Below are positions 44,801-58,154 of a DNA stretch of 64,000 nt, one piece after another. The stretch spans positions 19,842,001 to 19,906,000 of the forward strand of contig NC_087251.1 of the NCBI RefSeq assembly GCF_037042905.1, given 5' to 3'. The stretch is from Lytechinus pictus (Eukaryota). Below the pieces are notes generated by a model. The model searched no databases. It was not told where the DNA came from and saw only the letters and a program-made list of their open reading frames with translations. Each line of letters begins with the position of its first letter. The first letter of the stretch is position 1. A program made the translations under genes and the position numbers.

Positions 44801-46991
44801 CGAATGTCACGAGAAGTTAGACCATGAGGGACATGGGGCAGTAATAGTCTGCCAAGTATATTTAAAGGGTCAAAAGTCTACCCACAACAATCGAGGATAC
44901 AAACATGACAAATCTATTTCAAGCTAGCGGTCATTTCATTAAAAAAATCATATACGTTATAAAGTTTGTTTATATTCTTCAATATGTGTTTTGTACGGTT
45001 GATTTCCTTATGGGTGAGAGTTTTCAATGGAGTTTTCTGTCATAAGAGATTTGAGGACTAGATGTTGTTTTAATAAGGAAATGATATAATTCGTATTCAA
45101 TCACTTTCACCTAAAGTCATTTAGGTAGCATTATAAGATAGCAAAATATAAAACTACAAGCGAACTGTGGACGACGAATATATTATTGATATATACATGC
45201 ATATTCCAAGGGGTGACATTATGGCGAAATGCTAGTGATCGGAGTATTTTTTTTAATGTTTGCAACTCTTCTCTCTCCTTGATGTAACGACCTGTCTTCT
45301 GGTTTGAAGGAAATTCATTCGCAATAAGCGAATATTTTCACAGCGATATATTTCCTAAATTTACCCACGCATACATAGAAAAGTGGTTTGTTTGAAAACA
45401 CAGACAGTTCTCTTTTTTACATTAGGAATTTCATAACACATTGATTAAATAATATTGTTAACATTGTTTAAGGTTCTGTATCTTCTAAACAAACTTGAAG
45501 CAGCGTTTTTAATGTAAGCATTGTAATTCCATAACTCGGATGAGAAATGATTCAAATTATTTACAATTTGGCCATGAAATATAAGAAGGAAAATGTTATA
45601 CAGAGTAGAATATATCATATATCTACAGAAGTACACTATTTTCCCCTTTTGGTGTGTATTATGATTATAATTTTCAAGGTACTAGTACTCAAAGCTATGA
45701 TTTATAAGGTTTCCATTGCCCGTTGAATTGATGTTACACTGACTTTTATTGTCTCTAATGCTACTGTAAACTTTTTGTAAAATACAGTTTCAATTACGAA
45801 ATTTTGTTAAGCAATCGAACCATATTTTTGATACAAACTCCTAAATCATACATCGCTTGGTTAATAATATTCTAAATCATTGAATTGCTAAGATTTATAT
45901 CCATTTGTGACACACGAATCTGTCATGCTGGTACTTTTAAAACTAGTTACACCAGGGATGATTACACAATGCTTGATCGTGATTGGGTTGGTTTTTTTAA
46001 TGATGTTGGAATCAAAGACAATATCGTACATACAAAAATTGCATATGCGTATGAAACTTGAGAAGAAGAGGGAAAAATAAGATTACATGAACAACATAAA
46101 AGTAATGTCGACTGCTACATAAAGCCTCCAATAACTTATACTTTCTGATTTATAAGACATCCCCTATTTTGCTCTAACTATACGAGGTTATGATAGTCAT
46201 GTAACTTTCATTGTTTTAGGGAATGAACGGTATTCTGCATGGTTGAATTTGCTTTAAAATAAAGAGTGATTATTAAAACACCTACTTTATCTGTTTATGG
46301 TAAAATGTTTTATAACCAGAAACCATTCAAACAAAAATTAACAATTCACCACAATCACCATTGTGTATATGTTAACCTTTTGGTCAGTGACCTACAATTT
46401 GATAAATAGACATATAATAGATTGTTTCATCCAGATTTATTTATTTGGAGAATTTACGATACATGTACATTCATGCTTGCAATGGAATTGGTTAATTCGT
46501 AATTCTTTTAAATAAAAAATAATAATCTACGTTTTGTTTCCTAGAATCCTGTCGTCTAAGAATTGACCGTAATGTTACGATGAAGGTAATACATCTATAT
46601 GACTTTATATGATCATTCACTGTTAGATACTGACATCACTAACCTTCTATCGGAAGAAAGTGGAATAGAAATATTATAATTTTAAACTATTTTATTAATC
46701 TTAAGATCGTATCAAATCACTATATGAAGATCCTGTCCTTAGTAGAGAGGAATAAGAATTGGAATAGAACTTCGATGATTGATAGGAATGGTAAATATCA
46801 CGAAAGTGATGACGACGGTAAAACGACCACGACGTCGACTAGAACTGGAGATGTAAAGAGTAAAGATTGCCATTAGGCGTGGTGGGAAGATGAAGACAAT
46901 GGAGTAGAAAAATAGATATGAATAGCAACAGTACAGCAAAATAATCTGATTGGCAGACTTTCACCATGTTCACATAGATATTTAGATTGAG

Positions 46992-47092
46992 GATAATGGT
47001 GATGATGGTGATGATGAGGAGGAAGAGGAAGAGGATGGCAATGACGACGACGACGATGATGATGATAATGATGATGATGACGATGATAATGA
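46992..47092. repeat. (GAT/GAC/GAG)n trinucleotide tract
   Basis: Directly visible; explains the poly-His and poly-Ile ORFs at 46839-47163. Confidence 0.9.
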
Positions 47093-47450
47093 TCACTTGC
47101 GTATAAAGGGGATAATGGGGCCCAAAAACGTTTCACGACGAAATAAATAATCAAAATAATCAAAATGAAGAAAAAGAAAGAAAAAAAGTTAAATTTGATA
47201 CTTCTCTAATGATTATGTAAAAATCTATCCGAGGATGAGATTTTCACTTAAAAAAGTAAAATCACTTCGATTTCGACCTAAAATATTTTGGTTCACTACG
47301 TCATTTAAGATGATACAAATGATGATGATCATGATCATATTGGTGGAAATTGTGGTATTGGTGATAAAAGTTACGGTGACAACATTGATAATGAGATAAC
47401 GATTATTATCACAGTGTATTGATGATATTCATGATATTGATAAGGATGAA

Positions 47451-47525
47451 GGCGTAACTGGGATTCGAACCTGCATCCTCGGCTGAAATATATAGTTTAA
47501 GCTCTGTAAGCTAAACCCCGGAGAT
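47451..47525 (-). mobile_element. Degenerate tRNA-derived fragment
   Basis: B-box GCAGGTTCGAATCCCAG on the minus strand; the rest of the cloverleaf is not recoverable. Confidence 0.35.
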
Positions 47526-49864
47526 GACTCACACAAAGCCCATGTCCTTCAATATATTTCGTCAAATAATGACCTGACCATCGAATTACCAATATACGAT
47601 TTGCATGAGGTAATATTAAAACGGAAAGTGATCTCTTTATCGTGAAATGGTACAAGCGTGAATTTGACATTACAAAAATGCTTTTGTTTCTCTTTTAGAT
47701 TTGATCTGTGTCTATACTAAAAACATTTGAAAATCATAAAATAAAATCGAAATGGAAGTGATTTCGATGTATTTCTTTAAGTTTCACTTTATATATTTTC
47801 ATCATTGACCACGCAAGCATGTACTCAAATTACAAGTTATTTTTATTTTATTTCAAACAGAACACCTCTTCTTCAACAGATGCCTAAACCACAAAATTCT
47901 CTTTCTTGTGTATGCGTTTTGTGGTCTAACTCTATATCGTCGACCGATTGACGCCCGCATAACGATATACAATAAGGAGGGTTGGGAAGGATAAAGAAGA
48001 CAGCAACACGTTCGTCAATCAAATTCCCCAATCAAGAAGGCTATGATTCAATTTGGTGGGGAATATTTGGAAGAGGTTTTGCGAAAATGCATTCTGCATT
48101 GATGATTTCCTGTCGAAGTTTGGAGTCTTTGCTGCTTCCTTTATGGCAGAATCTTTTCTAAAAATTGAATTGATGATGAAGACGATGAACGCCCCCACCC
48201 TCTTACCAGATTATAGAGCCAGGCTACGCCGCATCAAGCCCCTGAGCTCATGATAAAGTGAAGAAGGGATTGGGAGCATTGGGTGCTAGGAATATGGCTT
48301 AAGCCTACCTGTCATCAACACAGCAAATCATAATATCGGGTTGCCTTTGATTTTACCACGATTGAAACTAGACATTTCAAGGGTGAGGCGGAGAGGGAAA
48401 TAAAAAAAACCTTTCTATGGTCTGCCTTGACAATGAACGGTGGTGGCGGTTTATGGATGTCGATGGACAGGGTAGGCCTCGAATCACACCCTAACCACCC
48501 ATTTATTCATCCATACAGGTGACGTGAAATCAGTGAAAAACAAAGATTCCATCATTATATGCATTCCCTTTTAGATTCAGTAAAATTAGTGTCCATTCAT
48601 GCACAACATTTTATTATACGATTATTATTTTTCCTAATATAAGGTACACGTTATTTTATGCCTTCCGTTCGACATGATATTTCAAAAGTATCAAAATATA
48701 CGGTAAACTATTCCCGTGTATTCTAAGAAACTATCAAGAACGAACCACAGAAAAAGTTATATAGTTTGTAAAAAAAATATATATCGTTTTCTGTATACTT
48801 TTTACCCTCCCCCTTCCATAAGACATCACGTGATATACCCTTATTCATTTTCGAGGGATTAGAGACTTGGGTTAAACGGCATTCCTTTTCCTCTATCTCA
48901 CCGGGACCCACTTCATTTTCGTTTCTCAAACGAAACTATTTTCCAATCGACGAACGATCGGTGAAAGAAGCGAGGAAGATAAATATGAAAACATATCAAG
49001 TGGCAATCTCCGATGATAGCTTTTGATGGAGTTTTTAGATTGTGAGAACATAACGCATAAAATACACACCGTATACTCACTGTGAGGAATGGTTAGAAAT
49101 CAGTCAGATCAGATGGTGATATTGATGGCATAAGCCCCTGTGTTAATTGGGCGTTTGAAAAAAAGAGTGGGAAATCAAAAGGCCGCAAAGTTTTGATGAA
49201 TCAATTCAGAATAAAGGATAATTTTACTACATTCCGATTATTTAACGAGTTCAACCACATACAGAAGAAACGGTTTGGGTCTGTCTGAAAGTGGCATTTT
49301 CTTTAACCAAACCGATTCTCAATTTGCTTATAAGAAAAAATTAATTCTAAAATCGTGACAGCAAGTACATGAAGAATGTGATGTAATTTATAAATTTTAT
49401 AGTCAGGAGCTACAGCAAGGGACCTAGCTTTCCTTATGATTTTTTTTCTTCTTTTCCCCTCTCAAACTGCCGTGAAAAGTTAACCACTTGTCATAGTTCT
49501 TTTTATGGTTTTATCATCCTTGTCATGTACAATATGGAATAATTTTCGATCCCAGAGATTGTGCCATATTAATCTTTAAACGGATTGTATTTGGGATTTG
49601 TTTGGTTGTTTTTGTTCGTTGTTTCAAGCATGTCAATTGTTCAATTGGATATTCAATAAGTAAACATGAATTTTCACCATAACGTAAATTTCATCAAAAA
49701 TATAAAGGAGTGATTATGCAGATAACAACATTTATGACCGTTACAAAAAAATTGTTCTTTTTTAAAGATTTGGAACAGTTCCAAGTTAAGCTAAGATTTT
49801 AAGTGTTTTGCAGATATATTATTTCCCCAGTCATTGAATTATTGCTTGTCGGCACATAATGTAT

Positions 49865-50027
49865 GCGCCTTCTCCACTCCCGGCATAGCATTTTAGCCAG
49901 AGATGATGACCTCAAATTGATTTTTTTTTAATGCTAAGCATGTGACAGCGTTTTTTCACATCATACTGGTTGCCTATTTAACACCTGGGTGAAGAGTGTC
50001 TAGAGTAAATTAACGTCTTGCTGAACG
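49865..50027 (-). mobile_element. Old SINE body remnant (CORE-like central domain)
   Basis: Minus strand CAGCAAGACGTTAATTTACTCTAGACACTCTTCACCCAGGTGTTAAATAGGCAACC resembles the invertebrate SINE central motif ...GCAAGACACTT...CTCTCCACCCAGGTGTATAAATGGGTACC (recognised from memory). Confidence 0.4.
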
Positions 50028-51059
50028 ATTACTCGAAAACAGAGACAAAACGTTCTTGTTAGAGTATCTTTAGAAAACTATTTGTAACAGATAAGAAAAA
50101 TTGGAGCGATTGTATATTGTGCTCATAGCTCTATCCATATATTGATGGTTACCATCCAAACTATCGCATAATAGTTTATGAGGTGAAAAGCATGCCAAAA
50201 TTTGAAAGCCTTCTGTTCCTTCCACAGTGTTCATAGATACACTTCTCAGACCCCCACCCTCACTTCCATCCTTTTTTTTATTTAACATGTTTATAGACAT
50301 GCTATATCCATCGTTAGCGGCTGAGGTTGAAATCGGGGATTTGTAATTCATTTATCATTGCATACTATTGAAGACAATCGCAGACAAATTGGATTTATCC
50401 ATACATCATTGAATACAATATTTTACAATTCTTAACAATGCCCCAAAGAGCAGTTGATTGATTAACTGTATGCTTTGAGTTTGACGCATGGAACATTAAT
50501 TGTCATAATAACCGGAAACTTAAATCCATTTAAAGTTAAAAGTGATCCATGAAGTGGGTGAGAATGATAGATCACTATAAACTTCGAAGACGACGATAAT
50601 CGACTAAGTTAATTATTACTGCCAAGCAAATGCCACATCGTGTCAAAATTATTCCCCAAAGCTGTCAAAAACGCATGGAAAAGGAGGATTATAGATTTAC
50701 CATTGTACGTAAAGAAAAAAAGAAGTGTGAGAGAGGGAAAATGGGGAATTTCGAGTCGATTCAAACAGCGTCATTACCTGTTTAAATAGCCAGCAGCATT
50801 TCTTACACTCGTCAATGGAGCAAGACTTGTGGAATATTTACGAATGCTTTGAGGGGGAATAAGAGGACCATGCATCAATGCTCATGAACCCAGAGAAAAG
50901 AAACACCAGTTCATGCGTGCCAGTTAGGGTTCCTAACCTCTAAAACGACCTTAAGCCATACAGAGCTACGGTCTTTACAATCCCTGGCCGGCCGAAGAGG
51001 GGTGAGGGCGGAGGGGGTGTAAAGAAAAAGAAATATTGAAAGAAGGAAGAAATCAACAG

Positions 51060-51172
51060 AAAGGGTGAGAGTTTAAGAGAGAAAGAAAATGGAGAGAGGG
51101 GGTGTGAGACGAAGAGAAAGAGAGAGAAAGTGTGTGGGAGAGGGTGTATGTGAGTGTGTGTGTGTGTGTGGA
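51060..51172. repeat. GA-rich and (GT)n low-complexity tract
   Basis: Directly visible. Confidence 0.8.
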
Positions 51173-52099
51173 GATGGGGAGAAAATATAACTGCAGAGAG
51201 TGAGCGAGTATCAGAACTTAAATCTGCCAAAATGAAAAGTCAACTTCGGAGCGCAGACCGCCTTCAGCTAAAACTTTTTGACCAAAAATTGCTACATGAA
51301 AAGAGCCTTTCAGGGTTGAAATATTTTCACCTCTATTTTAAAATTATATCTGTTTGTTTTACAGCTTTTGGCCCGATAATTTTCGCCATATTTTTACCAG
51401 ATCGTACGTGAATATGCGTACGGTTTGGTTTGTAGGGATTTCAAAGTCAAATGCCAACTAAGTACTTTCCAAGACGTGTCCTGAATGAGAGCTCAGAGTT
51501 TTCTATAAAATCATATGTAAATGTCCCTTGAAATATGTTTCGGAATTTGTATGGCATTTGTTTTGTAACGTTTAGTCTTTCTTCTGTTTAAGTTGACGTA
51601 AGTTAACTTATGTTAATATTTTATGCTGAAGGTATAGGATAGCAAGAGGTAGGTTGATTACATACTTTTTTATTCGGTTTTATTAATTGCGTCATAATCG
51701 TTGACAATGCTTTGTCCATTACAATTACATGAATAAACAAAAATCATGTCGTGATTAAGTATGCTTTTCATACTACATTAACTGAGGCGAGTCATCGTAA
51801 CAAATTGTGATAGTTAAACGCTTATTAAGAGCGTTTGTTTTTCAAGATTATTGTAATTAGCGTCATAACCTCATGTTTAAAGTCAACAAACAAACCTACG
51901 GGAGTAATTTTATTTTATTTTGTATTTGTTTTTGTAATATTTATCTTGAAAGAAAGTTGATTGCACCCTTTAGCAGACCTATAATTAATAATAGCTATTA
52001 TTTTACAATGTTCAAATTCAATTCAATTATTGTTGAGCTACTGGCCTCTAGTGTATTAGCTAGCTCTTTAATCATGTTACACCGAAAACAATTGCTGTT

Positions 52100-52313
52100 A
52101 CATGTTCTGTGACAACATTTCTGTGTATGGTAACTTACGTAAGAAACATTGTACCTATATTAAAGTTAAATCAGGCATATTGGCTGACCTTATAGACGGC
52201 AGATATTACTCTCGGGTCTTTTTATCAAAGTGGAAACGATGGCAGATCGGGGATTTGAACTCACAACCTTGTAGTCATGAGTCCTATGCTCTATCCACTA
52301 GACCACACGACCC
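52100..52313 (-). mobile_element. tRNA-derived SINE remnant
   Basis: Minus-strand head GGGTCGTGTGGTCTAGTGGATAGAGCA...GTGAGTTCAAATCCCCGATCTGCC (52313-52241) has A- and B-box matches but a poorly pairing acceptor stem. The 3' boundary is approximate. Confidence 0.6.
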
Positions 52314-52427
52314 GTAATATTGTAGTAGTCTGGTAGTTATGAGAAACCATACTCACGACACTCGACAATTAAACTATCATGTACACAGCCAATTTAATAG
52401 TAGCCGCGTTTCGTAACTACACTCTTC

Positions 52428-52520
52428 ATTCTCTCTCTCTCTCTCCCTCTCTCCCCCTCTGTATCTCCATTTCTGTCTCTCTCTCTCTTTCTTGTTTCAC
52501 CCCCTCCCTTCCCTTCTTCC
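52428..52520. repeat. CT-rich low-complexity tract
   Basis: Directly visible. Confidence 0.8.
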
Positions 52521-55500
52521 GATGGCATCAATATGTTTCTCTATCTCTCGGCCTCGATCTTCATCGGTGTCAATTCTCTCGTTTTTCGGAGTACAAAATC
52601 TCAAGATCAATAATTAATAAAATTGTTGGAAATGTAAAACTTAGAATGGTCGGTACACCCCTTACAAACCCCAATTCTTGAAGAAATCTCAGGGTTATAT
52701 GTCACCCGGGTATCGCCACACAGACGTACGCCATTGATCGGCGATCGTAAAGTTTCGTCCAATCAGCGGACGGAGCTACCCTTAAATGGCGCCAAACTCT
52801 AAACATGCCTTCTTTTATTTTTCGTTACTCAAAGTTTGTTCAAGCAATTAGCCAGAGGACTCGTAAGATACACCGTTTACACAAGATTGATTTCTTCTTG
52901 GTTTTTATTAAAACGATTTGCCCCAAGTGTTAATTGATCTAGAGGTGGGCCGGAAAGAACATGTGATTTCAGGGGAGGGATGTTTTCCAAAATGAAGACA
53001 TGGGGGTAGAATTAGGAAACTCATCCGGGTTCGGCAAGTACCTACTACTTCCGTTCGTGTGTCTGCGTAAGACCATGAACGGTCGTATGTTTGAGATGTG
53101 TATTTTGGGCGTACGCGAGTGGGTGCCGTGTCTTGAAGCATTGCTTGTAGCGATGCAGAGACTGACACAAAATCTGGTGACTCGGCTGAGCTCTCCAAGC
53201 CAGGCTGGTCGAAGTTAATTTTCCAAATCGAGAAATCCACAAACTATGCAGTTTGCTTTGACCCAAGTTTGCTTATGTTACATGTAAGATTCCGGACTTA
53301 ATTACAACTTTTGTATCGGAGTGAATTAAGAGCGGGAAACATGAGGTATCTGTAGTCCCTAAGATTGGCATGAGAAGATAAGGATTTGATTCAAGATCGT
53401 GACATCCTAGTCAGGTGTGCATTGGAGTAGAGGTGATTACATGACATTCACATTGTCACGAGAATCAGTTTCCAAACTGCCTGGATAACAGAGGTCAGTC
53501 TCCGTAATCTGGCGATTTCCAAAGGCCATGGGTCACGTGGTTTTATTCCCGGGGAATGGCTCCAACAATATGACGAATGTAGGCCAATACATATTTTGTT
53601 GCTGAAAGTTGATGCTTTCGATCGGGTACCGTCCACCCGCGCCACCGGCAATCTCTGCGGGCATGAAACCGCAATTAAGGAGGAAGTAAACCATGATAGG
53701 TATCCACTCAAATTATCAGGATGATGGCATGGTAAAAACGCCCCAGTGGTAAAGTCAGTTATTATGGCGTCTTTTTCGATGCCCCATCAGGAACCAATGG
53801 CGTGTCTCCCAATTCATTTTCCAACCCTTGCTTCGCTCCGCGCGACCAGACAAGACAAACATCAAGCATCTCTTCCCCCTCTTTTCCCTTCACACCCATG
53901 CAATAATCATCAACGAATATTTCAAAATGATGACCAAAATAAGAAATGTGATTGCATATTTTGCCTGAGCACGCTTTTATAATTTCCCGTAGTGGCTTTA
54001 AGTTGGGGCCTCAGTGGGTGTCAAATCTCATACAAAATAATAATCATAGAAATGATTCGCGTTCTGTGGTAGCTTGGTGGGTTTTTTGTTTTCTTTACTT
54101 TTAATCACCTATATCTCGTAAATTCGCTTTCTCTGGGTTTGTTGACAGACTCATTCCTAAGAACGATTTATTAATGCCTGCCCGGATAACTACAAGAGTT
54201 GATCCTGCAGAGCAATTCAGGTTCGGTCAGATAACCATTTTACTTGCAGATACCCATGAAAGCTTCTTAATCCGTCGATGACTCTCTGAAGCTATGTGTG
54301 TTGCATATCACTCGGGTGAGATTTGAAGGTTCGGGTCATTAGGTTTGAATTGATGAATTATAGAACTATTCTCCATCCTTTAAAAGGGAATAAATCCTAA
54401 TCGGGGTAAAGGAAGGGAAAGGGTCAACCTGTTCACCGAACTCATTCTTGATCAAATAGTTCAGTGTCATCGGAGCAGTGATCCGCAGGATAACTTAAGA
54501 AATAACAGCTAAGAACATCTTCGAACACTTAAAGAAGTTTAGTGGCTTTGTATCGTATCTCATCTAATAAAGGAACATAAAGCAGCGCAAAGAACAAAAA
54601 GGTTTTTTGACCTGTGTATATCTATCTCTAGAGAAATGTATGCTGACTTCAAGAACCTACGCCCGTTAAGGAACTGACGAATATTAATTGCAAAAATAAA
54701 TCTTGAAATATAAAAAGAAAATGGAAAGAATAACTGCACCCAAATGAATGATCGACTTTATGCAAACGTTGTAATACATATGAATTTATTTCAAATCATG
54801 CTTAGGGGATCTCTTCAATGTATTGAAGACGGTCCCTCTCATATATTTCATTATTTCGCCCTCGTGTAAAATGAAACCAGTGTTCCACACCAATGCTATG
54901 AGCAGAATTAACATTACACGTTGCCCTGGTGCATTTAAACCTTTCCCAAATGAGTCATGGTTTTGTATCATACACAAAGTTAAGCAAAAACTTGTTTTCA
55001 GCACAGCGGAGCTTGAACGCAAAATATGAAATATTATTTTGAATAAATGAATTGAACACCGAGACATTTCTCCTCAGTTTACCCGAATAGTTTTGGAAAT
55101 TGGGCATCAACATGCAGTTACGACTCAAAATACTAAAAATTGTTTTCATGCAAAGAAAGACATGATAAGCCAGGACTGAAAAGAGAGGTCATGTTATCAT
55201 CAGATATAGAGATTGAAATCAGAGGCAAGACGAGTTAAACATTATCAGATAGATTAACCAAGATTTGTATCAAAACCTGTTAAAAATTATATTTCCATTG
55301 AAGTTGAAGAAACGTGTACGACCAAACATTGATGTTTCTCCTTTTTTATTTGTCAGGAAAACAATGTCAAGGTAATGAGGATAATATTCCGACAGCACGA
55401 AATGAAATAAAAACTCAAAAGACCAAATTAAAAGAGGGTGAGCGGAAAAGAAATATGATTTTCAGCCGGAGGTAGCCACGAGAGGTTAAAAGGCCGCGGA

Positions 55501-57474
55501 ATGGTCCTTGAAAGAGGTGGAAGCGGGGTAAGGTCTTCCCCGACCCAACGGCACAGCACTCAGCAGGCGAAGCCATGTGGTACGCGGCTGCATCAAAATG
55601 TAGCATGAGTTTACCGTATTGTAGCCCACCCACCTCACTCAATTCTTCAAACTACATTCATACTTCATCAAAGTATCATACAAACCAACTTAATCATGAT
55701 TGGGGATATAAGGATAGACTCAATGGCCTTGGTAATAAAATCATCGATAAACATGGATGAAATGTTATTATGATTGGCATGGCAATTGTTTCGTTACATT
55801 TCACTGGTGTTATATCAATGCTTTTAGAGATCATGACAAATAAACCGATGATTACTATTTTTTTCTTAAAATCTGTGTTTTATAGTTTAAATATATTACA
55901 TTTCTTTACATGGGATCAATAACATACCGTTACAAAAAACGAAAAGGAGCATAACCCTTTGCATTTTAAAAGCGGATCAATCATGGTCGTTAACTTGCTG
56001 TTTAAACGTGTTGTTCAAACAATCCAATCATTGTCTTCATTATAATTACCATGATGCCTTATCATATCACTCTCTATCAATTAAATCAACTAAACACAGG
56101 TTTACAGTTCTTGTTATCCGAATTAGACGAAATTAAAAAAATACTCAGTCAATATCTACTGAAGATAGCGCGACCATTAAAACCGATAGCGATTGGTTGA
56201 CATTCAACTTCTCTTGGAATATTGCAAATTTCTACTTGAAATGAAATAAGAGGGCGATTTCGTTTCACTGTAAAGGTACACAATCTATATTTTCCTCTGG
56301 GTAGATTTTTTTTAGCACAAAAGACGCCAAAATAGTGACTTGGTAAGCGTAAAAATGACTTGAATCGTAAACTGGCTTCCACAAACATATATTGGACGCT
56401 ATGATCGGTAGCAATGAATAATCTATTCTATTTCATTTACAAGGCTGGGACACTGAAGCAAGAAATATCATTATGATTGCATTTTTAACTTTTGATTTAT
56501 GTTTATCCCTACTTACCGAGAAAAAACCCTCGTAGCCAAGGAGACGGAATCTTTGTAGAGAATAATCTCTCCCTTCTAGATACAGACGACTGCGGCTTTA
56601 GGGGTGAATGGCAGCCCCAGCTATGGGCAAAAAGTGCCCCCGGCAGTTTCCCGAGGAAGTGCTAGGAGCACGGGAGGTTTATTTGGTGTAGAAAAAAAAT
56701 GGAAGCCTGGGTTCAATGGACAAGACATAATTGTTGAAATCTCACTGATGTGACGTGAATATAAGCACGAGCGTGCTACTGAATTGAGTCTGCATAACAA
56801 AGGGGGAAATATGCAAAATTTATTTTCTCTTTAGGCAACGAATTCTGAGCAAATATTTGGAGGTGGCTGATTTTTGTGCACGATATTATATCCACATAAC
56901 CTAATGAGTTTTGTAGTGCATCATGCGTGCAACACCAACACAATAAGACGTTGAAAATTAACAAAAATTCATAAGTATGTTTAAAAAATATCTATTCGCT
57001 GCTTCGTGTTTATGTATAGTTGTGTAACATATTTCAATTGGCAATCATCTTTCATCAAGCATGTCATAGATTTTTTTTTAATTTGTTATTTATGAAATCA
57101 CACTCCTGATTCAAACACTTTCCGTTGACATTTTGTTTGCAAATCAATCCAATAAGTAATTTTAATACAATACAAGAGAGTAAAATTACCACATTTTATC
57201 ATTTAAATATATTTCCATTCCTATTATCTGTTGCTCACTTTTTTCTTATGTAATATTATAATGATTTTCAATCTTTTCATTTCAAGCTCTTTACGAGATA
57301 CTTAAATTGGCTTAATATTAGGTTTAACTTTCAGTGAAAAATACAAATAATTTATGGTACTGCTTGTTAAAAGGTGATTTGAAATCATTTTTTTCTTCAC
57401 AATTTTGTCACGAAACAAGGTGTGAATTTTACTAATTCATTTTTTAAAGCGGGCCCTAGAACAAGTAGATAATG

Positions 57475-57478
<4 letters not shown>

Positions 57479-57568
<90 letters not shown>
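57479..57568. repeat. (TA)n microsatellite
   Basis: Directly visible. Confidence 0.98.
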
Positions 57569-57569
<1 letters not shown>

Positions 57570-57690
57570 CTTGAATATACAATTCTGCGTTGACATGATT
57601 GCAGAATACTTTAACTCTTTGTAGTTTCATTTTTTCAATTCGTTTTCTAAATAATCTCATGGATGTGATATATATATACATATATATATA

Positions 57691-58118
57691 TGTGTGTGAA
57701 GTTATACATGTACTACAGCTTTGGCAACTCTTTTATTTGAATATTGTGTGAAAGAAATGGATGAAGAGAACAATGGTAGGCGTAGCTTAAATCAAGGTTC
57801 CCCAGAGCTATCTACCCTTTTGGAAAAATTGGTGATGCCGAAAAAATGTCTCTGCCGGGAATCGAACCCGGGCCCCCAGCTTTGAACGCCGGTGCCTTAA
57901 CCACTAGACCACAGAGACGGGTTAGTGGCTAGGGCGACCCCGATCCGATTGACCGTCAGATAGACAGATTTTCGACACCATACCAATTATAATTTCCTTT
58001 GTCGGGTGAAGGTGGGTTTTGAACAATGACAAGCCGCCATGCCTCAGCTGGATCAAAGCTATTGCTTTGATACAGTACACGTATGGGAGAATGTATACAA
58101 ATGTATGGGAGAATGTAT

Positions 58119-58123
<5 letters not shown>
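57691..58123. mobile_element. Putative (TA)n-flanked cassette carrying the tRNA-like gene
   Basis: GC-richer block bounded by TA tracts (about 57669-57691 and 58124-58151). It has an 8-bp hairpin ATCAAAGC/GCTTTGAT (58052-58071) and a terminal direct repeat GTATGGGAGAATGTATAC x2 with period 22. Confidence 0.5.
57847..57918 (-). tRNA. tRNA-like gene, full cloverleaf with anticodon TCA (opal-suppressor-like, Glu-like body); probably repeat-borne
   Basis: Minus strand reads GTCTCTG TG GTCT AGTGGTTA AGGC A CCGGC GTTCAAA GCTGG GGGC CCGGG TTCGATT CCCGG CAGAGAC A. All four stems pair, A and B boxes are intact, and T6 (57846-57841) follows immediately. Confidence 0.75.

Positions 58124-58154
<31 letters not shown>

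Noticed and set aside
46739..47163. Poly-His and poly-Ile ORFs
   Set aside because: Trinucleotide microsatellite translations.
57847..57918. tRNA-Sec or ordinary tRNA-Glu(TTC)
   Set aside because: No long variable arm for Sec. Placing TTC at the anticodon breaks the anticodon stem.
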